64,000 nucleotides of DNA from an uncultured delta proteobacterium (lineage in GTDB: Bacteria > Myxococcota > Myxococcia > Myxococcales > Myxococcaceae), in the NCBI GenBank assembly GCA_963771175.1, contig CAVYSY010000054.1, positions 64,001 to 128,000 of the forward strand. Direction: 5' to 3'. Both the position numbers and the translations under genes were made by a program. Shown piece by piece: positions 52,070 to 62,833 of this stretch (positions within the stretch are counted from its first letter, which is position 1; every line of letters starts with the position of its first letter). Under the pieces are notes generated by a model. That model was not told the origin of the DNA and searched no databases. It saw only the letters and a list, made by a program, of their open reading frames with translations.

Positions 52070-54560
52070 GTGCCGAGCAACCAGGCCTCTTCCCGGCAGG
52101 GGAGGGCGCGAGCGGAGCGGTACTCGCACCCCGGCTGGAAGGGCGGGTGCTGGTGGTCGATGACAACGGAGGCCAGGCGGTACCTCGTCACCCAGACGCT
52201 GCGCATGGCGGGCATGGAGGTGCTGGAGGCGGTGAGCGGCCAGGAGGCCCTCGCGGTGATGGCACAGCGGCCGTGGTGGTGCTCGAGGTGCGCCTGCCGG
52301 ACATGAGTGGCTTCGAGGTCTGTCGCCAGCTCAAGGCCTTGCCCGCCACCGCCGCCATCCCCGTCCTCTACATCTCGGACCTGCTGCAGGACGAGGAGCT
52401 GGAGGCGCGGCTGTTCGACGATGGCGCGGACGGCTACATCCCCCAGCCCATCGAGCCGCAAGCACCTGGTGGCGCAGACGTGGGCCCTGGTGCGGATGCG
52501 GCGGGCGAGCAGGCCCGACAGCGCGAGCGCGAGGAGGCCCAGGCCGAGCGGGAGCGGCTCCAGCGCGAGCTGGACGAGGACGCAGTCGCAGGCGCGGCGG
52601 CTCACCGAGTCGCGGCGTGGTGGGCGTCTTCTACTGGAACATGGACGGCGCCATCCTGGATGCCAACGACACCTTCCTCTGCCATGGTGGGCTACACGCG
52701 CGAGGACCTCGCGAGAGGGCCGGCTCGACTGGCGGAAGATGACGCCACCGGAGTGGGCGGCGGCGGGATGACCGGTGTCATCGAGGAGCTGCGCGACCGG
52801 GGCGTGGGCGCGCTCGCGGACAAGCAGTACTTCCGCAAGGACGGCCCGGGTGGACGTCATCCGGGGAGTCGCGGCGTTCGAGGGTGACCCGAATCGTGGC
52901 GTGACGCTGGCGGTGGACATCACCGCGCGCCGGGAGGCCGAGCGTCGGCTGAAGCAGCTCATGGGCGAGCTGGAGTCCAGCGAGGCCCGGCTGCGCCTGG
53001 CGCTGGAGGGCGCCGCGCTCGGCACGTGGAGCCATGACTTCGCCACCCGGGAGACCCACTGGGATGCGCGTGCCAGGGAGCTGTTCGGGCTGTCTCCCGA
53101 GGCACCCGTGGACCTGGACGTGTGGCGTGCGGGGGTGCACTCGGAGGATTGGGAGCGGGTAGCGGCGGTGGCCCGGCGCGCGCTGGCCGGGAGGACGGTG
53201 GTTGCTTCGAGGCCGAGTACCGGACGGTGGGGCTCCAGGATGGCGGCGTGCTGCGGTGGATTGCCTCGCGGGGCCGGGTCTTCTTCGACACGGAGGGGCG
53301 GGCGCTGCGCTTCCTGGGCACCTACCTGGACATCACCGAGCGCAAGCTGGCCGAGCAGCGCGCCGCGGAGCTGCAGGCCACCACGGCCGCCTTCGCGCAA
53401 CGCGCTCACCCCGGGGGAGGTGGGCCATGCGCTGGTGGAGCACGGGCTGAAGTCCCTGGACGCCTACGCGGGCGCCGTCAGCATGGTGGAGGGCGAGCAG
53501 CTCCGTCTGCTCAGCCAGTTCGGCTACCCCGCCAGCTTCCCCCGGGACTACCACTTCGTCCCGCTCCGCCGCGTCGTGCCCTCCACCGTGGCGGTACTCG
53601 GGGGGCAGCACCGTCGGGTGCCAGTGCTCGGACTCCTTCGAGCGCGAGTGGCCCGAGTTCAGCCAGGACGTCCGGGGCAGCCGGGGCCGGTGCTGGTTGA
53701 GCACGCCGTTGAAGGTGGGGGAGCGGGTGGTGGGAGTGCTGGGGCTGAGCTTTTGCACGCCACGCCGCTTCAGCGCGCGGGAGCTCGCGCACCTGGATTC
53801 ACTCGGCGAGCTCTGCGCCCAGGCCCTGGTGCGCGCCCGGCTCTACGAGGAGGAGCGGCGGGCCAAGGAGGAGGCGCGCCGCCGCGCGGAGCTGGAGCAG
53901 CAGTTCCTCGGGATGGTGAGCCACGACTTGCGCAACCCCCTGCGGCCTATTCGCTGGGCGCGCACGCTGCAGCGCCTGGAGCGGCCCTCGCCGGAAGCGC
54001 GTGATGCGCACGGCCACCCGCATCGGGACGAGCGCGGACACGATGGGGCGGATGGTGTCCGACCTGCTCGACTTCACGCGCGGGCGGCTGGGCGGAGGCC
54101 TTCCCCTGGAGCGCCAGCCGAACGACCTGGTGCTCCTGTGCCACGAGGTCATCGACGAGTTCTCGGTGACACACCCGGGCCAGGAAATCCGACTGGAGGG
54201 AGACTCGCGGTGCGAGGGGTGGTGGGACGGACCTGGCATGCGGCAGGTGCTCTCCAACCTGCTGTCCAACGCGCTGAGGCACGCGCGGGAGGGGACGGCG
54301 GTGCGCGTGAGGGTGAGGGGCTCGGTGGAGGAGGTGGAGCTGTCGGTGTCCGACGAGGGCGAGCCCATTCCGCCGGAGCTGCTGCCGGTGCTCTTCGAGC
54401 CGTTCCGTCGGGGCCAGCTCGAAGTTCCGGCCAGCGGGGAGCCTGGGGCTGGGGCTCTCATCGTGCACCAGGCGGTGGCGGGGCACGGCGGGAAGGTGGA
54501 GGTCGCCACGGGAGCGGCGGGCACCACCTTCACGGTGCGTGCCGCGCGGGGCGTCATCGA
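52070..54560 (+). CDS. Hybrid receiver-PAS-PAS-GAF histidine kinase, many indels (ends approximate)
   Basis: RVLVVDD...LPDMSGFEVC; two PAS/PAC domains (DITARR, DITERK); GAF; H-box VSHDLRNPL; NLLSNA; D-G box. Confidence 0.8.
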
Positions 54561-56272
54561 GCGCGGGCGCGCGCCGGAGGGGGAGGAACTCGGGCCGCCA
54601 CATCTCGGCCTCGAGCAGGGCCTCCAGGTCCGCGGGCAGCTCGCGCGTGGCCACTCCGTCCTTCTGCGCCTGGCGGATGACGGCCATGGCCACCTGACGG
54701 CTCGCCGCGCGAATCCGGTCCATGCGCGGGTACAGCGCGCCCTGCGCCAGCCGCGCCCCGTCCGTGTAGTCCGCCAGCGCCAGCGACGCCGCCGTCAGCA
54801 TCCCGTCCGTCACCCGCTTCGCCCGCGTCAGCAGCACGCCCAGCCCCAGTCCCGGGAAGATGAAGGCGTTGTTGCCCTGGCCCACCGGGTGCGGTGTCCC
54901 GTTCCACTCCACGTCCTCGAAGGGGCTGCCCGTGGCCACCATCGCCTTGCCGTCCGTCCACCGGTAGATGTCCGCCGGCACCGCCTCGCTGTTCGCCGTC
55001 GGGTTGCTCAGCGCGAACACCACCGGGTACGGCGTGTTCGCCGCCACCGCCTTCACCACGTCCTCGCCGAACGCCCCGCGCTGCCCGCTCAGGCCCAGCA
55101 GCACCGTCACCTTCGCCTCGCGCACCGTCTCCAGCAGGCTGGGAATCGAACCCTGAAGCTTCCAGCCCGCCACGCGCGCCGGCTCCTGCGCGAGCTCCAG
55201 CTTGTACGGCTCCAGCCCCTTGCGGTCCTTCAGGATGAGGCCCTTGGAGTCGATGAGGTAGATGCGCTCGCGCGCCTGCTGCGTGCTCAGGCCCCTGCGC
55301 TCCAGGCCGCGGACGATCTGCCGCGCCACGCCCACGCCGCCCGGCACCCGCGCCGTTCACCAGGTACACCTGCTGTCCGAGCGTCGTCTGGCTGCGCCGC
55401 GTGGCCGTCAGCAGGCCCGCGAGCACCACCGCGCCCGTGCCCTGGACGTCGTCATTGAACGAGGGCAGCTCGTCCCGGTACCGGTCCAGCACGTCGAAGG
55501 CCTTCTGCTTGCTGAAGTCCTCCCACTGCAACAGCACGTGGGGGAAGCGCTGCTTGAGCGCCATCACGAAGGTGTGGATGAAGTCGTCGTACTCCTGGCC
55601 CTCCATGCGCGGGCGCTTCACGCCCAGGTAGAGCGGGTCGTCGAGCAGCTCCTTGCGGTTGGTGCCCACGTCCAGCTCCACCGGCAGCGTCACCGCCGGG
55701 TCGATTCCCGCCGCGGCCGTGTACAGCGACAGCTTGCCGATGCAGATGGCCATGCCGCCGAAGCCCTGGTCTCCAATCCCGAGAATCCCCTCGTTGTCCG
55801 TGGCGACAATCAGCTGCACGTCCGGGAAGGGCGTGTGGGCCAGCAGCGAGTCGATTTCTCCGATGTTCTCCGGGTTCACCACCAGCCCGCGCGGGTAGCG
55901 GTAGATGCGGCTGAACTGCTCCACCGCCTGCGCCACCGTGGGCGTGTAGATGATGGGCATCATCTCCTCGATGTGCCGGTTCACCAGGGCGTAGAAGAGC
56001 ACCTCGCTGCGGTCCTGCAGGGCGCGCAGGAAGACGTGCTTCTCCAGGTCCGAGCGGAAGGAGCGGAAGTTGGCGTAGGAGCGCTCGAGCTGCTCGTCCA
56101 GCGTGGACACGTGCGTGGGCAGGAGCCCCAGCAGGCCGAACTCGCGCCGCTCCTCCAGGCTGAAGGAGGTGACCTTGTTGAGCAGGGGCAGGCGGGTGAG
56201 CACCAGCCCGGACAGGTGCGTCTCGAGGTAGGGGCGGCCGTTGGCGTCGAGCTTCTTCTCGTACTGTTTCAT
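54554..56272 (-). CDS. maeA: NAD-dependent malic enzyme, frameshift near 55345 (3' end approximate)
   Basis: PIIYTPTV, ILGIGDQG, GKLSLYT, LDVGTN, QWEDF, FNDDVQGTG, GAGAG, LSNPT, ATGSPF, QGNNAFIFPG. Confidence 0.93.
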   Translation of the reverse strand: MKQYEKKLDANGRPYLETHLSGLVLTRLPLLNKVTSFSLEERREFGLLGLLPTHVSTLDEQLERSYANFRSFRSDLEKHVFLRALQDRSEVLFYALVNRHIEEMMPIIYTPTVAQAVEQFSRIYRYPRGLVVNPENIGEIDSLLAHTPFPDVQLIVATDNEGILGIGDQGFGGMAICIGKLSLYTAAAGIDPAVTLPVELDVGTNRKELLDDPLYLGVKRPRMEGQEYDDFIHTFVMALKQRFPHVLLQWEDFSKQKAFDVLDRYRDELPSFNDDVQGTGAVVLAGLLTATRRSQTTLGQQVYLVNGAGAGRRGRGAADRPRPGAQGPEHAAGARAHLPHRLQGPHPEGPQGAGAVQAGARAGAGARGGLEASGFDSQPAGDGARGEGDGAAGPERAARGVRRGRGEGGGGEHAVPGGVRAEQPDGEQRGGAGGHLPVDGRQGDGGHGQPLRGRGVERDTAPGGPGQQRLHLPGTGAGRAADAGEAGDGRDADGGVAGAGGLHGRGAAGAGRAVPAHGPDSRGEPSGGHGRHPPGAEGRSGHARAARGPGGPARGRDVAARVPPPPARARAR

Positions 56273-56494
56273 GGGGGAAACTTCGTCTCTGGAATGTCTT
56301 GGGGGGAGGGACGATCCTCTATCGACTCGTCGGGCACGTCGCCAAGCGCCCTCACCAGGCAGGCATAAGCCGTGGAGCAGGTCTCCCATGCGTCGGGGGC
56401 GTGACTCCTCGCGCCAACGCGACGCGTCACCGAGCGTCACCCGAAGGCGATTGACCTCCCAGGTCCAGAGGCAGGCGCGGTAGCGTGCCGCGTC

Positions 56495-57056
56495 ATGGCA
56501 GAGACGCAGCAGCTCATCTTCAGTCACAGTCTCCAGGGCCTGATGTCGCGCGCGTTCCCGGGGGGCGTGCCTCCGGAGCTCAAGGCGAAGTGGCGCACGG
56601 AGGGGGTGGACCTGGACCGGCCGTTGTTGCCCGCCTACCCGCGCGAGACGTGGGCCCGCTTCATCGCGCTCGGCGCCCAGCAGACCTTCCCCCTCGAGCC
56701 CCGGGAGCTGGCCTGGCGCAAGATGGGCGAGCGCATGGTGGACGGCTACCAGGAGACCCTGATTGGCCGCGCCATGTTCTCCACGCTCCGGCTGCTCGGG
56801 CCGCGGCGCAGTGCTGCAGCGCAGCCAGAAGAACTTCCGCTCCGGCAACAACTACACCGAGGTCCGCCTCACCGACGTCTCACCCACGGTGGTGGATGTC
56901 TGGTTCAACGAGACGGACGACGTGCTGCGCCACTTCACCGTGGGGCTGGTGCTCGCGGGCATGCGCGCCGGCGGCGCCGTGGAGCCCCAGGCGGACATCC
57001 ACCTCGCCGACTCCCAGGGCTTCACCATCCGTGCCTCCTGGAAGGAGAAGGCCTGA
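56495..57056 (+). CDS. DUF2378 family (myxobacterial) protein, frameshift near 56810
   Basis: GVDLDRPLLPAYP, GYQETLIGRA, LLGPRR, NFRSGNNY. Confidence 0.82.
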
Positions 57057-57077
57057 GCCGTTGCAACCCTGCGGGCC

Positions 57078-57270
57078 TCCATTCCCGCCTCGCTGGTGGC
57101 CTCGGCGCCCTCGGGCAACGTGGCGACCGTCGTCGTCACCAACCCGGCGCCGGGCGGTGGCGCCTCCGCCGGGGTGTCCTTCGGGGTGGCCACGAAGGCC
57201 GTCTCGCTGGCCAGTGACGTGCAGCCCCTCTTCACCGCGAACTGCGCGACGGCCGGGTGCCACAACACCA
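57078..57270 (+). pseudogene. Fragment of an IPT/TIG + CxxxxCH c-type heme protein
   Basis: VVVTNPAPGGGAS then SLASDVQPLFTANCATAGCH; no start codon; followed by an 18-bp tandem repeat at 57276-57311. Confidence 0.5.
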
Positions 57271-57522
57271 CCATCGCAGCACTCGGAGCCGCTGCAGCAC
57301 TCGGAGCCGCTGGAGCCGGAGGAGGGGCGTCCCCTCTTCCGCGGGTGGAGGATTGTCCGAAAAAGGGACGGACTGTCCGAGATAAGGACACTCCACCGCC
57401 GTTCCGGAACGTCAGGGCGTTTTACATTCCGCCGCGCCCGGAATTGTCGATACGGGCTAAAATCTCTCTGATTTCGAGAGTTTAAGGCTCCAGCGCCTGC
57501 GCAGGACTCACGGGGCTCCGGG

Positions 57523-57539
57523 TTGGCAAGGCTCTTGCT
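57523..57539 (+). promoter_or_regulatory. Sigma-54 (-24/-12) promoter
   Basis: TTGGCAAGGCTCTTGCT fits TGGC with GG-N10-GC spacing, about 70 bp upstream of the protease start. Confidence 0.65.
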
Positions 57540-57609
57540 CATTAGGCACGAGCTTCCCGGCAAGCAGGGTTTCCGAGATTTTCCCCCGCCGGTATCCGAG
57601 GTGCGACAC

Positions 57610-59106
57610 ATGAGCCGTATCAACTGGAAGTCGACGATGCTCGCCGCTGCGCTGGTGCCTGCCATGGCGCAGGCCGCCGATGGCCGTTTCATCATCCAGT
57701 TCAAGGAGGGCCACGCCAACGGCCGCGCGGTGGTGGAGTCCCTCGGTGGCTCGGTGAAGCTGGAGATTGCGGGCACGAGGGCGGTGGCCGCCGTCCTCCC
57801 GGAGAAGGCGCTGCAGGGCCTGAAGAACAACCCGGCGGTGGAGTTCATCGAGGAGGATGCCAAGCGCTACCCGATGGCGCAGAGCACCCCGTACGGCATC
57901 GACATGGTCCAGGCGCCGCTCGTGTGGAGCGGGGGCACCACGGGCGCCGGCCGCAAGGTGTGCATCATCGACTCCGGTCTGTACCTGGCCCACGAGGACC
58001 ACGCGGGCACCACCAAGTCCGTGACCGGCTACCCCGCCGGCTGGAACACCGACAAGTGCCACCACGGCACGCACGTGGCGGGCACCATCGCCGCGCTGAA
58101 CAACTCCACTGGCGTGGTGGGCGTGCTGCCCAACGGCGTGGACCTGCACATCATCAAGGTGTTCGGCGATGACTGCGCCTGGACCTACGCCTCGGGCCTG
58201 GCGGACGCGGCCAACCGCTGCGTGAGCGCGGGCGCCAACGTCATCAGCATGTCGCTGGGTGGTGGCGCCAAGAACCGCACCGAGGAGACGGCGTTCAAGA
58301 ACGCCTTCAGCAGTGGCGTGCTCTCCATCGCCGCGGCGGGCAACGGTGGCAATGCCACGCTGAGCTATCCGGCCTCCTACCCCATCGTCGTCTCGGTGGG
58401 TGCGGTGGACAGCGCCAAGAACATCGCCTCCTTCTCGCAGTACAACAACCAGGTGGACGTGTCCGCCCCCGGCGTGGGCGTGCTCTCCACGGTCGGCGCC
58501 AAGCAGGACAACCTCCTCACTGTCGCTGGCTCCACCTACTCGGGTGGCTACGTCGATGGCGCGGCCCGCACGGCGGGCGTGACGGGCGCGCTGGCCGACG
58601 GCGGCCTGTGCGACTCCGTGGGCGCCTGGGCCGGCAAGGTCGTCCTCTGCCAGCGCGGCACCATCGCCTTCAATGACAAGGTGGTGAACGTGAAGGCCGG
58701 TGGCGGCATCGGCGCGGTCATCTACAACAACGTGGCGGGCGGCTTCGCCGGCACGCTGGGCACGGGCGTCACCAGCACCATCCCGGCCATCTCCCTGAGC
58801 CTCGAGGACGGCCAGGCCATCATCGCCGCCGGTGGCATCGGCCAGTCGGCCACCGAGGTGAGCTCGGTGACCGACCCGGGCAGCGGCTACGAGCTCTTCG
58901 ATGGCACGTCCATGGCGACCCCGCACGTGTCCGCGGTGGCGGCCCTCATCTGGAGCTACAAGCCCACCTGGACCCCCGCGCAGATCCGCGAGGCCCTCGA
59001 GAAGACGGCCGAGGACCGCGGCGCGGCTGGCCGTGACAACTACTACGGCTTCGGCATCGTTCGCGCCCAGGCGGCCCTGGACTACCTGAAGGCCACCTAC
59101 CCGTAA
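57610..59106 (+). CDS. Secreted S8 subtilase with PA domain
   Basis: Signal peptide; IIDSG, HGTHVAG, AAAGN; PA insert (LCQRG...IYNN); GTSMATPHV. Confidence 0.95.
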   Translation: MSRINWKSTMLAAALVPAMAQAADGRFIIQFKEGHANGRAVVESLGGSVKLEIAGTRAVAAVLPEKALQGLKNNPAVEFIEEDAKRYPMAQSTPYGIDMVQAPLVWSGGTTGAGRKVCIIDSGLYLAHEDHAGTTKSVTGYPAGWNTDKCHHGTHVAGTIAALNNSTGVVGVLPNGVDLHIIKVFGDDCAWTYASGLADAANRCVSAGANVISMSLGGGAKNRTEETAFKNAFSSGVLSIAAAGNGGNATLSYPASYPIVVSVGAVDSAKNIASFSQYNNQVDVSAPGVGVLSTVGAKQDNLLTVAGSTYSGGYVDGAARTAGVTGALADGGLCDSVGAWAGKVVLCQRGTIAFNDKVVNVKAGGGIGAVIYNNVAGGFAGTLGTGVTSTIPAISLSLEDGQAIIAAGGIGQSATEVSSVTDPGSGYELFDGTSMATPHVSAVAALIWSYKPTWTPAQIREALEKTAEDRGAAGRDNYYGFGIVRAQAALDYLKATYP

Positions 59107-59157
59107 TCGCTGTCACCCCCGAGTCGCCCGGTCTCCTGTGGACCGGGCCTCTCACCC

Positions 59158-59195
59158 ACCGCCTCGGCCTTTGCTGGCCGGGGCGGTGTCGTTTC
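59158..59195. terminator. Putative intrinsic terminator
   Basis: Hairpin ACCGCCTCGGCC / GGCCGGGGCGGT followed by GTCGTTT, between convergent genes. Confidence 0.55.
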
Positions 59196-59225
59196 GGCGG
59201 TCCCTCGGAGGGGGCCGCGCGGCGC

Positions 59226-59930
59226 CTACTTCGGCGGGGGGGCGTACAGCTTCTCGGCGCGGTGGAAGAGCACCCACGAGGTGATGATGTACTTGTCGTT
59301 GGACTCCGGCTTGTTGCCCCGGTGGGTGTGGGTGAAGCCGGCGGGGAAGATGAGCATGCGGCCGGCCTTCGACTGCACCTTCTTCTCCTGGTAGTAGAAC
59401 TCGGTCTCGCCGCCCCCGGGCACGTCGTTCAGGTAGAACTGGAACGCCAGCACCCGGTGCAGCGGCTCGCAGGCCGCGTCCTTCGGATACACCTCCGAGT
59501 GCCAGTGCGGGTAGCCGCCGATGCCCTTGAGGTACTTCTGGATGGTGAGGTCACCGTAGCGGTAGAGGTGGCCGACGAGCTGGTCGAAGAAGGGCTCACC
59601 CACCTCCTCGAAGTTCTCCCGCGAGAGCGTCACCACCTGGCCCGTCTTCGGGTGCTTGGCCGACATCGCGACGGCGCCAATCAGGCTGTAGAGGTACTTG
59701 CGCAGGTAGCTCTTGAGCGGGGGAAACGAGGCATCCAGCAGGCGGAACAGCAGCTGCTGGTACTCCGGATGGAGGTTGAGCGTGAGGTCGTAGCTGTCCT
59801 TCTTGGTGGTGTCGATGCCACCGCCCGTTCGGCCCCGCTGCACGTGGGGGCTCTTCTCGAACAGCTGGATGATCTCCTGGCACTGCTTGGGTGACAGGAC
59901 GTCGTCGTGGACTTCGATGAAATCGGTCAT
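59226..59930 (-). CDS. 2OG-Fe(II) oxygenase
   Basis: WHSE, YLND-GGETEF, IFPAGFTHTHRG, KYIIT. Confidence 0.88.
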   Translation of the reverse strand: MTDFIEVHDDVLSPKQCQEIIQLFEKSPHVQRGRTGGGIDTTKKDSYDLTLNLHPEYQQLLFRLLDASFPPLKSYLRKYLYSLIGAVAMSAKHPKTGQVVTLSRENFEEVGEPFFDQLVGHLYRYGDLTIQKYLKGIGGYPHWHSEVYPKDAACEPLHRVLAFQFYLNDVPGGGETEFYYQEKKVQSKAGRMLIFPAGFTHTHRGNKPESNDKYIITSWVLFHRAEKLYAPPPK

Positions 59931-60008
59931 GGAGGGTGGGGGGGAGGCAGGTGGGCCAGACGATATAAGATGGTGGCCACGGAGAGGATCCCCCCACCAG
60001 GCGACGCT

Positions 60009-60470
60009 TCAGCGGAGGGAGAGGAGCTCCACGTCGAAGATGAGCACCGAGTCGGGCGGGATGCTGCCGTTGCCCGCCTTGCCGTAGCCCAGGTGGGAGG
60101 GGAGGACGAGCCGGCGCTGGCCGCCGACCTTCATGCCGGCGAGCCCCTCGTCCCAGCCCTTGATGACGTTGCCCGCGCCGAGCACGAACGAGAAGGCGCG
60201 GCTGTTGTCGCGCGAGGTGTCGAACAGGGTGCCGTCCGGGAGCCAGCCGCTGTAGTGGACGATGAGGGTGCGGCCGGAGGTGGCCTCCTCGCCGGTGCCT
60301 GGCTCCAGGTCCTGCGTGTAGAGGCCGGAGTCGCTGCGGGTCATCGCGTTGAGGTCCACGCCCAGCGCGGGCGCGTACTGCACCTTCGTCGGGTCTCCCG
60401 AGTCCGGGTTGCCACAGGCGGAGAGGAGCAGCGGCAGGCAGGCGGAGAGGAACAGGAGGAGTCGGCGCAT
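60009..60470 (-). CDS. FKBP-type peptidyl-prolyl isomerase, lipoprotein
   Basis: LSAC lipobox; VHYSGWL-DG-FD, VIKGWDEG, YG, IPP-S-LIFDVEL. Confidence 0.93.
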   Translation of the reverse strand: MRRLLLFLSACLPLLLSACGNPDSGDPTKVQYAPALGVDLNAMTRSDSGLYTQDLEPGTGEEATSGRTLIVHYSGWLPDGTLFDTSRDNSRAFSFVLGAGNVIKGWDEGLAGMKVGGQRRLVLPSHLGYGKAGNGSIPPDSVLIFDVELLSLR

Positions 60471-60534
60471 GAGGAGAGGCTCTCTCTGGAGTGAGGGGAG
60501 TGCGAGCGTAACAGGGGCGTGGTGAGAGGGAGCG

Positions 60535-61317
60535 CTACTGGCGCGGACCGCCGCCCGCCCACTGGTAGCCCACGGTGGCGCCCGAGCCGATGAAGCCCAG
60601 CGCGATGTACTTGCGCACCAGCATGAGTTGGTCACTGTTGCCCACCATTTCCTCCAGCAGCCCGTGGATGGCCACGCCGAGCAGCATGCCCACCGCCGCG
60701 CCCCCCAGTGCTCCGAGGAACGCGTCCCCCCGGTTCTGGCTGCCATCGAAGGCCAGCTCGCCCAGCCCCCAGGTGCCCAGGGCCGCGGCGGGGGGCGTCA
60801 GCGCCAGGCCCACGCCAAAGACCGCCACGTCCAGCTCCGCCCAGCGCCCTCCCGCGTTCGCCGGCTGGAGGAACAGCAGCCCTCCTGTCAGCGAGCCCAC
60901 GACGCTCCCGGCCGCCGTTTCGGCCGCCGTCACCCACAGCCGCTCTCCCTCCATGCGGCTCGCCCCGTACACACCGCCGAGCGGCACCAGCGAGGCCGTC
61001 CCGTACGCCACCCACGCCCCGGCGGAGATTGGCAGGTCCGCCGCCACCTGTGGGGGCGTGTTCGCGGGGCTCGGGGCGGGGGCCGGCTCGACCTTCGGCG
61101 CCTCCGCCTTCGGAGCGGGCTCGACCTGGAGGGCCAGGAGCTCGATGCCCTGGGAGGGCAGCAGGGACAGGGCGACGGGGACTCCCCGGGCCCGCGCCGC
61201 CAGGGGCCCCTCGTGGGAATCGGAGAGGGGACGGCCCCGCGCGCACGGCGCCTCGAGCACGGTGCCGAGGAGCATGAGGGACGCCAGGTGGGAGAGTAGG
61301 GAGGCGGACAGGTGCAT
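60535..61317 (-). CDS. Gly-rich membrane hypothetical protein
   Basis: Several Gly/Ala-rich hydrophobic helices; GC3 bias. Confidence 0.65.
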   Translation of the reverse strand: MHLSASLLSHLASLMLLGTVLEAPCARGRPLSDSHEGPLAARARGVPVALSLLPSQGIELLALQVEPAPKAEAPKVEPAPAPSPANTPPQVAADLPISAGAWVAYGTASLVPLGGVYGASRMEGERLWVTAAETAAGSVVGSLTGGLLFLQPANAGGRWAELDVAVFGVGLALTPPAAALGTWGLGELAFDGSQNRGDAFLGALGGAAVGMLLGVAIHGLLEEMVGNSDQLMLVRKYIALGFIGSGATVGYQWAGGGPRQ

Positions 61318-61474
61318 GGTGTCTTCGCGGGTAGGGATGGGCCCGCGGACGCACTCCGTCCACCGGGACACCCTCCTCGGCACGTACCAGCGGACAGTGG
61401 ACGGACGGCACTGTCCACGGTTGGACGGAGCGCTCGGGACAGTCAGCCGTGAGGCGCGTGACTAGCTTTCGCGC

Positions 61475-62728
61475 GTGAGGAATCCGTGGCCGCTGCTGGT
61501 GCTCGCCCTCCTGCTGGTGGGCTGTCCCTTGCCGAATCATCGGCATGCGCTGCGCATCCGCGACGACGTGCCCGAGTCGCCCGAGGGGATGTCGCTGGCC
61601 TGGTACCAGACGGTGGGCGTGGAGCTGGAGCCGGGCAATCAGGTGGAGCTCGTCCACAACGGCCACGTCTTCGACGTGCTCGAGCGCGAGATTCGCGCCG
61701 CCCGCTCCAGCATCCACATCCTCGTCTATATCTGGCGTCCGGGAGACCCGTCGGATCGGCTCATCCGGGCGCTGCGCGAGCGCCATCCCGGAGTGGCCTG
61801 CCGCGTCCTCGTGGACCCGCTGGGCAGCATCCGCTTCGAGGACGACGTGGCGCCGCAGCTCGTGGCGGCCGGCTGTGAGGTGCGCATCTTCCGCTCGCTG
61901 CGGGGCACCATCGCCACGCTGGACCTGAAGCGCATCCAGGCGCGGCTGCACCGCAAGATCGTGGTGCGCGATGGCGTGGCCGGCCTCACCGGGGGCTGGG
62001 GCATCTGGAAGAGCTGGGAGGGCGACGGGCGCAAGCCGGGCGAGTGGCGCGATGCCAACATCTGGCTCCACGGGCCGGCGGTGCGGGGGATGCAGCTCGC
62101 CTTCGCGCAGAACTGGCAGGAGGCCGGTGGAAGCCTGCTCCCACCCGACGTCTTTCCCGAGCCCATCCCCGCCGCGGGCCAGGTGCGTGCCGGCTTCGTC
62201 ACCCACACGGCCGCGCCCGTGCTCACCAACGCCGAGCGGATGACGCTGCTGGCCATCGCCTCGGCGAAGAAGCGGCTGTGGATCTCCAACTCGTACTTCA
62301 TCCCCACCGGCCCCATCCAGGACATGCTCATCGCCAAGGTGAAGGCGGGAGTGGACGTGCGGGTGCTCACCCCCGGGCGGCACCACGACATCCCCCCGGT
62401 GCACGAGGGCCAGCGCGCCACCTACGCGCGGCTGCTGGAGAACGGCGTGCGCATCTGGGAGTACGAGGTGTCGATGATGCACTCCAAGACCATCCTGGTG
62501 GACGAGCGGCTGTCGATGGTGGGCTCGACGAACCTGGACCCGCTGGCGTTCAGCGCGGAGGAGGGCTCGCTGGTGGTGGACGACCCGGCGCTGGCCGCGC
62601 AGCTCGCCCGGGACTTCGAGGAGGACGTCCAGCACTCGGTGGAGATCCGCTGGGACTCGTGGCGTCGGCGCGGCCTCATCAAGCGACTGTCGGAGCGGGT
62701 GGCGGTGCTCATCGGCCGATACCTCTGA
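61475..62728 (+). CDS. Cardiolipin synthase-like phospholipase D (lipobox-bearing)
   Basis: Two HKD motifs (HRKIVVRD, HSKTILVD); WRD; SYFIP; GSTNLD; LVGC. Confidence 0.9.
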   Translation: MRNPWPLLVLALLLVGCPLPNHRHALRIRDDVPESPEGMSLAWYQTVGVELEPGNQVELVHNGHVFDVLEREIRAARSSIHILVYIWRPGDPSDRLIRALRERHPGVACRVLVDPLGSIRFEDDVAPQLVAAGCEVRIFRSLRGTIATLDLKRIQARLHRKIVVRDGVAGLTGGWGIWKSWEGDGRKPGEWRDANIWLHGPAVRGMQLAFAQNWQEAGGSLLPPDVFPEPIPAAGQVRAGFVTHTAAPVLTNAERMTLLAIASAKKRLWISNSYFIPTGPIQDMLIAKVKAGVDVRVLTPGRHHDIPPVHEGQRATYARLLENGVRIWEYEVSMMHSKTILVDERLSMVGSTNLDPLAFSAEEGSLVVDDPALAAQLARDFEEDVQHSVEIRWDSWRRRGLIKRLSERVAVLIGRYL

Positions 62729-62833
62729 CGCCCGCCCGCCCCGGGGGCCCCGGTTGCTGGCCGGGACATCCTGGCGTACAGGCAGCGGGCGATGATGCCG
62801 GGCGCCTTCCAGGGAGCGAGCAGGCGGAACACC

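Noticed and set aside
57276..57311. 18-bp tandem repeat GCAGCACTCGGAGCCGCT
   Set aside because: Only two copies, next to a gene fragment, and unrelated to the GACACC family.
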